Source of the DNA: a virus | Taxonomy: Duplodnaviria > Caudoviricetes | DNA length: 64,000 nucleotides | Virus record (IMG/VR): IMGVR_UViG_3300017605_000212 | Location: 2,173-66,172 of that record | Direction: 5' to 3' (one strand) | Shown here: positions 59,100 through 64,000 of the stretch, in pieces | Numbering within the stretch: position 1 is the stretch's first letter | Layout of the letters: every line of letters starts with the position of its first letter | The notes under the pieces: generated by a model | Database searches by the model: none | Told to the model about the DNA's origin: nothing | Seen by the model: the letters and a program-made list of their open reading frames with translations, nothing else | Made by a program: the position numbers and the translations under genes

Positions 59100-59530
59100 G
59101 GCCTGATAGAAATGCTGAAATGCTAGAAATGCTGGCATTTCTACGATAATACCTTGGGCTCCTCCATGCCCAACCTTAGAGTTGCCATCATGGGTACCTT
59201 ACAACCTAGAGTATACAGTTCATTGTTTGTTCTTGATAATATATAGACAGACCAATGATTTAGCAGTTTAACCTTTCTACCCCGTGGCTGCGCTTCTGCC
59301 GGTGAAAGGGTATGGAGGAGGGGGGCATGGAGGAGCCAAGGGGTTTTATCGCTGGAGAAAAAGCATTTCAGCATTTCTAGCCAAATTTTGTTCGATTTGC
59401 CAGTGGTATCAAGGTCTTATAGAAATGCTGATTTGTCGGGTAATAATATTGCTAAATCCCGCGTAAGCCCTTGAAAACACTCTAGGTATTAAACCTAAAG
59501 TGCTTGAAATGCTGATTATCAAACCTTAAC
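59100..59530. other. AT-rich non-coding region with GAAATGCT iterons and a long inverted repeat; putative replication origin
   Basis: Seven GAAATGCT/AGCATTTC octamers; arms 59107-59171 and 59323-59379 are complementary; strand switch point. Confidence 0.6.
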
Positions 59531-59700
59531 ACCTTGTTACTGCTCCCATGTGTCGCCATTAACTATACACTCATACCCACTACTAATAGACATATGACAG
59601 GTAGCAAGGTGACACGACTGCGACATATACCTATCGGCGTTTTGTTCGGCGCGACAGTGGCACGGCGGCAATCACGCCGACCGAAAATAGGAGAACCATC

Positions 59701-59973
59701 ATGTCAAAAGACCTTGAAGCCCGTCTGGCCGCTATGGAAGCGGCATTGGCTGCGGCCAACGCCCGCAACGCTGAACTTGAGGCCAAGGCGAATACGCCGC
59801 AGGTCATCACGTACAAGGTCAGCGAAAAGGGAGCCTTGTCCGCGTATGGTTTGGGCAAGTGGCCTTTCACGTTCTACCTTTCGCAGATTGAAAGGTTCGA
59901 CGGCGACATTGCCAACCGGCAGGCCTTCATCAAGGCCAACCGTGCCAAGTTCGCGACCAAGGCGAAGGCCTAA
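59701..59973 (+). CDS. Small highly expressed early protein
   Basis: AGGAGA RBS; coiled coil plus KVSEKGALSAYGLGKWPFTFY; followed by two hairpins. Confidence 0.8.
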   Translation: MSKDLEARLAAMEAALAAANARNAELEAKANTPQVITYKVSEKGALSAYGLGKWPFTFYLSQIERFDGDIANRQAFIKANRAKFATKAKA

Positions 59974-59983
59974 CCTACACTAT

Positions 59984-60053
59984 CCCCACAGCCCCACCGG
60001 GCTGTGGGGCTTAGCCTTGGCCTAGTGTCCCCACCGGGGACGCTGGCCAAGGC
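59984..60053 (+). terminator. Tandem hairpins downstream of 59701-59973
   Basis: CCCCACAGCCC-CACC-GGGCTGTGGGG and GCCTTGGCC(T)AGTGTCCCC-ACC-GGGGACGCTGGCCAAGGC. Confidence 0.55.
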
Positions 60054-60278
60054 CATTGGCCTCCGCGAAGAGGAGACTGTTCCAGAAATATGTAGGACCA
60101 AAAAAGGGACCGTTAACCATTTAATAAGGTATCACGGTGACACTCCCCAGTCTGGACGGGAAGTGGTACCGAAAGGGTCCGCCCTCAACAAGACCTCGTA
60201 GGGAAATGGGCGAGGTAACCCTCAGTCCAGCGACCCCGGCACGGATGTACTGCCGGGGTAACTTTTTGCGGGGGGCAC

Positions 60279-60713
60279 ATGTACTACCTTGTTACCGGAG
60301 CGGTAACGCTGGCTCTCCTCGCGGGGGTCATGAGCGCAGGCGCGAAGACATATGGCGAAAGCCAGTATGGCGGTGCAGACGAGAGCGAGTACTACGCTAC
60401 GCTTATGCAACCTGATTACCCTTCTACTTCGTGTTGCGGCGAGGCCGACGTTTACTATGCCGACGAGCAGGAAGAGGGGCCGGACGGCACCGTGATCGCG
60501 ATCATCACCGACACGCGCCCCGACGAGCGGACCCTCCCCGACGGCAGGGTCATCAAGCGGCAGCATATTCCGGTGGGTACTAAGGTGTTGGTCCCCAAGT
60601 ACAAAATGCGGAAACACTACACGCCCAACCCCACCGGCCACACCATCATCTTTTTGGCGGGGACCGAGGGGGGTTGGATCGTGTACTGCTACGAGCCTAT
60701 GCCGCTACTTTAG
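60279..60713 (+). CDS. Exported Cys-containing hypothetical protein
   Basis: Signal-like N-terminus; SCCGEAD ... NPTGHTIIF ... VYCYEP. Confidence 0.65.
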   Translation: MYYLVTGAVTLALLAGVMSAGAKTYGESQYGGADESEYYATLMQPDYPSTSCCGEADVYYADEQEEGPDGTVIAIITDTRPDERTLPDGRVIKRQHIPVGTKVLVPKYKMRKHYTPNPTGHTIIFLAGTEGGWIVYCYEPMPLL

Positions 60714-61485
60714 CGCGTACCCGCGCCAGTTCGCGCGACCGGTCCAGCATATGCTTGCGTAGCTGGTCAAGGTCATCTGAGTTGGCATAGCCTAGCACTG
60801 CTGCACCGAGTTCCACCAGATTATGGCCAGCATACATCGCTTGCTGGATGATCTGGTTGGGTGTGAGGGCGAAAAGGTCCACCCCGCGCACGATCCCCGG
60901 TTGCAGGTCAGGGCCCTTCTCGATGGTGATCGTCTCACCGAGATTGGCTGGCCGGTGCGACAACACCTGTTCCCCGGCCTTGTTGGCCAAGATACCCGTC
61001 TCAACCTGAGGGGGGAGCGGTGCCTTCGCCACCTTTTTACCTGACCGGCGCTTGTATTTGTCGAACATGATCGTCAACCCTTCGAGGTTGGTCACATGCT
61101 GCTGGGCCAGATACGCAACCAGCACGTTCACCGCCTCGTCGGGGGTAAACGCTTGGAGGACGCCTTGCTGGGGTCCGGCCACCTTGAACTTGTTGTGCAA
61201 GTGTGTGACGAACGCCCGCGCCAGTCCGATGTACTTGGCGATCTGACTTTCGCTGAGCCCTGTCTCGGCCACGTCGGCCTTGATCCGGGTCACCAGTTCC
61301 TCTTGGGTCTGAGGCGTGTCCGTGTTGGTGCCCACGATGAGGACCACTGCCGCCGAGCAGGCGAGAGTGATCGTCTGGCGCAGGTACCCGGTCGCGTTCG
61401 ACTTGAACTGGGTCATCGCTTCATCGGTCGTAATCAGAGCCGTCACCTTAACTGAGGTTGGCTCCGTCTTCTTGGGTCGAGCCAT
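60697..61485 (-). CDS. Hypothetical protein
   Basis: AAGGAG RBS before ATG 61485; strong codon bias. Confidence 0.75.
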   Translation of the reverse strand: MARPKKTEPTSVKVTALITTDEAMTQFKSNATGYLRQTITLACSAAVVLIVGTNTDTPQTQEELVTRIKADVAETGLSESQIAKYIGLARAFVTHLHNKFKVAGPQQGVLQAFTPDEAVNVLVAYLAQQHVTNLEGLTIMFDKYKRRSGKKVAKAPLPPQVETGILANKAGEQVLSHRPANLGETITIEKGPDLQPGIVRGVDLFALTPNQIIQQAMYAGHNLVELGAAVLGYANSDDLDQLRKHMLDRSRELARVRAKVAA

Positions 61486-61550
61486 TCCTAATACTCCTTG
61501 TGTTGAGCGGTCCATAAGCAAGGCACCGCACATAAGAACGTCGGTGTATA

Positions 61551-61566
61551 GTAATAGTTTCTTAAC
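61551..61566. promoter_or_regulatory. CtrA-type box GTAA-N7-TTAAC
   Basis: GTAATAGTTTCTTAAC in a divergent intergenic region. Confidence 0.5.
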
Positions 61567-61748
61567 GTCTAGGATTATTTCATATGGTGCGATCACGTTT
61601 TCGTGATCGAGAGTGTGCAAAAAGGAACAGTCGGCCACAAAAAAGACAAATTGGTTCCGTAGGCTGTAAAACTGTAGGGGGGCGATCCTGCCCCAGTTTC
61701 TCTTCATTGCTGACGTGCTTAACCCTCAAGCAAGGAGTTGCTGGCATT

Positions 61749-62084
61749 ATGCCCGACATGGCCAAGAAACAAAAAATCCTCACCAACGTGATCTGCCTCG
61801 GCAAGAAAACGCCGCTTACCAAGGCTGAGGCCGAGAAGCTGGCCGAGCCAGCGACACCCTTAGGCCTTACCCCCAAGAGAGGCTGGGAGACGGCGGTGGC
61901 CATGCTCCAGCAGACAATCGACGACATTGAGAGTGGCCGGATGAAGCCGCAGGATATTTTCATCGTCGCCACCAACGCGCCCTCGGAGAGCGACCAGTAT
62001 GCGGTCCACATCCGGCGCTTCAACTTGACCCCGCTCGAACTGATCGGGCGCATGTCTCACGTCCTGCGCGACCTCGACCCGTAA
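61749..62084 (+). CDS. Hypothetical protein
   Basis: AAGGAG upstream; typical codon usage. Confidence 0.65.
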   Translation: MPDMAKKQKILTNVICLGKKTPLTKAEAEKLAEPATPLGLTPKRGWETAVAMLQQTIDDIESGRMKPQDIFIVATNAPSESDQYAVHIRRFNLTPLELIGRMSHVLRDLDP

Positions 62085-62208
62085 GTTACTCCTTAATCTA
62101 ACTGTGTTTCTGTGAGGCGGGCCCGGTCCCCGGCAGGCTCGTCTGGAAAACGGCGTGCCAATGGGGGTGCTGTGCGGGCTGGGCCCACTTGTTACCGGCC
62201 CGGTAACA

Positions 62209-62223
62209 ATAACACTTTCTTAA
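62209..62223. promoter_or_regulatory. CtrA-type box ATAA-N7-TTAA upstream of the CtrA-like gene
   Basis: ATAACACTTTCTTAA directly adjacent to the palindrome copy at 62191-62207. Confidence 0.5.
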
Positions 62224-62273
62224 GCGGCCTTGACCTAGGTTAAGGAGTGTAGTTACACTCCTAGGAAAAGGCC

Positions 62274-62891
62274 ATGCAAGAGCCCAACAACAACGAAGTC
62301 CTCCCGCCAAGGGTGGCAAGGATCGTGGTGAGACTGGCGTCCGAGGGTATCCCCCTTCGCGCTATCGCCCGGTCAACGGAGTTTCCCAGCGCGGTAGTGC
62401 GGGAAGTTCTGATCGACGCTATTTCGTGCGGCCAGCTTATCGACCTCCCCAAGGACGACTGGCCACCGCTGCAAAACAGGGATGAGCGCGTGCCCCAGCC
62501 AGCCGGACCGCAGGCCGATGACCGGTCTCTCATCATTGACTGCACCCGTCTCTTCGGCGTGACGCGGTTGCAGGCCTCCCTCCTCTCGGTACTCATTCGA
62601 CGCAAGGAAGCCAGCAAGGACATGCTCCACCAAGTCGTGGAGACGTGCCGCCATACTCGCTTGAACAAGAGCGACGCGCTGGAGGCGACCGACCCCAAGA
62701 TCGTGGACGTGGTGGTGTGCCATCTTCGGAAGAAGCTGCGCCCATTCAATCTGGAAATAACGACGCTGTGGGGGAACGGTTACTACATGTCCGCCGAAAT
62801 GCGGAAGCGGGCGTTGGACCTGATCGCCACCCACTCCAAGTCGCAGGACATAGGGGTAGCCGATGCCGAGCCCACTGCTGAACGAGCCTGA
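62274..62891 (+). CDS. Transcription regulator: N-terminal HTH plus OmpR/CtrA-type winged-helix domain, no receiver domain
   Basis: KIVDVVVCHLRKKL..EITTLWGNGYYM resembles the CtrA C-terminus (KIIDVFICKLRKKL..IETVWGRGY); N-terminal GIPLRAIARST HTH. Confidence 0.78.
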   Translation: MQEPNNNEVLPPRVARIVVRLASEGIPLRAIARSTEFPSAVVREVLIDAISCGQLIDLPKDDWPPLQNRDERVPQPAGPQADDRSLIIDCTRLFGVTRLQASLLSVLIRRKEASKDMLHQVVETCRHTRLNKSDALEATDPKIVDVVVCHLRKKLRPFNLEITTLWGNGYYMSAEMRKRALDLIATHSKSQDIGVADAEPTAERA

Positions 62892-63222
62892 AATAATGCA
62901 GGCGCTGTCGCGTAAGGTCACGATGGACGATCTGGATAATATCCGGCTCGGGGTCATGCTTGCCACTATTGACGGGCGCGACCGCAAGATCACGCGCGAG
63001 CCTTTCGTGGACCTTGTCAACAGCGGCTTCAATCTGACGTGTTTGCTGGGGCGCATCTACGCCTACAACTACGTGAAGCAACTCCAAGTGGCGGGCCAGT
63101 TGGACCAGTTGGATGAACTGGTCTCGCAGCTTACGGTCCATGCCGAAGCCTTCAAGGCCAAGCTGTGCCATCAGATGGAACTGATCGCGCAGTGCCCCCA
63201 AGACGAGGACAGTAAGCATTAA
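62863..63222 (+). CDS. Hypothetical protein
   Basis: Coupled ORF. Confidence 0.55.
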   Translation: MPSPLLNEPEIMQALSRKVTMDDLDNIRLGVMLATIDGRDRKITREPFVDLVNSGFNLTCLLGRIYAYNYVKQLQVAGQLDQLDELVSQLTVHAEAFKAKLCHQMELIAQCPQDEDSKH

Positions 63223-63306
63223 ATAACGCCAGTCACATACGCTTAAGTTGAGTGGTGTCCCGAACAAAACGGATGCCAAGGTAGGGGGGTGGGCTCGCGC
63301 TAATCT

Positions 63307-63567
63307 ATGGGCTCAATCATGAAAATGGACTTCGAGGGACTGAACTGGATCGGGCACTCTGTCTCGACCGTGGCTATTCTCGGCACCCTCGCGGGTCTGT
63401 TGCCACCCATCGCCGCTCTCGCCGCGTTCCTCTGGTACTCGGTGCAGCTTTACGAGAGCAGGACTGTCCGTCACTACTTCGCCCACCGCCGCGCCAAGAA
63501 GATTGCGTCTCTCAAGGCCCGCCTTAAAGTACTCGAAGAAATCCATCACGAGGACGACAAACGATGA
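63307..63567 (+). CDS. Small membrane protein, possible holin
   Basis: Hydrophobic N-terminal half, basic C-terminus. Confidence 0.5.
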   Translation: MGSIMKMDFEGLNWIGHSVSTVAILGTLAGLLPPIAALAAFLWYSVQLYESRTVRHYFAHRRAKKIASLKARLKVLEEIHHEDDKR

Positions 63568-63683
63568 GTGCCTGTGCTACCGCCAAGCGCCGACGCCGCC
63601 AAGCCCGTCTAATTCACGGGCGCAAACCGAACCGACTTGACCTGAAAAGGGCGATGATCGCCAAGAGCCGCGCCCGCAAATAG
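63564..63683 (+). CDS. 39-aa Arg/Lys-rich ORF (MSACATAKRRRRQARL...)
   Basis: ATGA overlap with the previous stop; fills the gap before the terL stop. Confidence 0.4.
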   Translation: MSACATAKRRRRQARLIHGRKPNRLDLKRAMIAKSRARK

Positions 63684-63690
63684 AGGTGCG

Positions 63691-64000
63691 TTATGTCCAC
63701 GCTGCGCTTGATATGCGACGCTTTGGTGCTGTGGACCGTGGCCTCAACCGTCGGGAGATTTCTTCCACCACGTTACCGTGAACGGCAAGTGCGACGTATT
63801 GCAGAGCGTCTGCTACGTGAGAGAAACCTTCCCGGTCATTTTTATCCGGTATTGCTCCGAGCCGTCCAGACTTTGCCCGAACAAACCGATACCCACCCCC
63901 CAGAGCCCTACACAGCTTGGGGCAAGCGTCTCGGTTTATCAGTAGAGTGGGGCCCCCGTTCGTTTGACGGCCCAGCAATGCCTCAACTGCGCGTAGACGC
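63691..64000 (-). CDS. terL: Terminase large subunit, C-terminal fragment
   Basis: C..L.RALGGGYRF ... PDKN..FSHVADALQY nuclease-domain end; N-terminus lies beyond the window. Confidence 0.8.
   Translation of the reverse strand, partial: RLRAVEALLGRQTNGGPTLLINRDACPKLCRALGGGYRFVRAKSGRLGAIPDKNDREGFSHVADALQYVALAVHGNVVEEISRRLRPRSTAPKRRISSAAWT

Larger units (their letters stand above)
779..62207. repeat. Dispersed palindrome GTTACCG-N(2-3)-CGGTAAC, 24 perfect copies
   Basis: Copies start at 779, 8122, 13133, 17849, 26979, 30152, 31259, 34372*, 38627, 39472, 41347*, 42033, 44034, 45684*, 47541, 49149*, 50898, 52372, 55331*, 56488*, 58115, 58693, 60291, 62191 (* = 16-bp form with 2-nt spacer; the rest are 17 bp). 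Read directly from the sequence. Confidence 0.97.

Noticed and set aside
7001-62096. Additional CtrA boxes at 7001-7016 and 62081-62096
   Set aside because: Spacing is N8 or has two mismatches, so they are not counted, although they resemble the 935 site (TTAC[TG]CCTTA).
779-62207. Palindromic repeats as a CRISPR array
   Set aside because: Copies are 16-17 bp, dispersed 0.6-9 kb apart and mostly intragenic. There is no repeat-spacer periodicity and no cas operon; the Cas4-like nuclease is a standard phage replication gene.
1-64000. Integrase/cI lysogeny module, or stop-codon reassignment
   Set aside because: No tyrosine or serine recombinase or cI-like gene is seen. Core genes are intact in the standard code and use all three stop codons.

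Overview
This window is almost a complete genome of a GC-rich tailed dsDNA phage with a podovirus-type gene set. The host is probably an alphaproteobacterium, judged from a CtrA-like regulator, CtrA-type boxes, apparent GANTC avoidance and a COG5526-type lysin. The + strand from about 1 to 35 kb carries the portal, a GT2/TPR glycosyltransferase and a methyltransferase, scaffold, major capsid protein, head-tail proteins, six collagen-like fibre genes, lysis genes, a tail nozzle-like protein and three internal/ejection proteins. The - strand from about 35 to 59 kb carries a primase-DUF927 helicase, SSB-like protein, SNF2 helicase, VRR-NUC, PD-(D/E)XK nuclease, 3'-5' exonuclease, dNTP diphosphohydrolase, family A DNA polymerase, an AAA+/VWA pair and many small early genes. 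An AT-rich region at 59.1-59.7 kb with iterons and a large inverted repeat looks like an origin. The terminase operon appears to wrap around the window ends. The most striking unexplained signal is the palindrome GTTACCG-N(2-3)-CGGTAAC. It occurs in 24 perfect copies across the genome, about 17 of them inside coding sequences and read in three different frames, so it is selected as DNA/RNA rather than as peptide. Other items worth checking: a possible virion glycosylation system acting on Thr-rich collagen fibres, a shared [FY]-[AS]-x-GG peptide tag in five probable internal proteins, an overprinted basic ORF under synonymous constraint inside terS, and a structured intergenic RNA candidate. 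All family assignments come from motif recognition by eye, not database searches.
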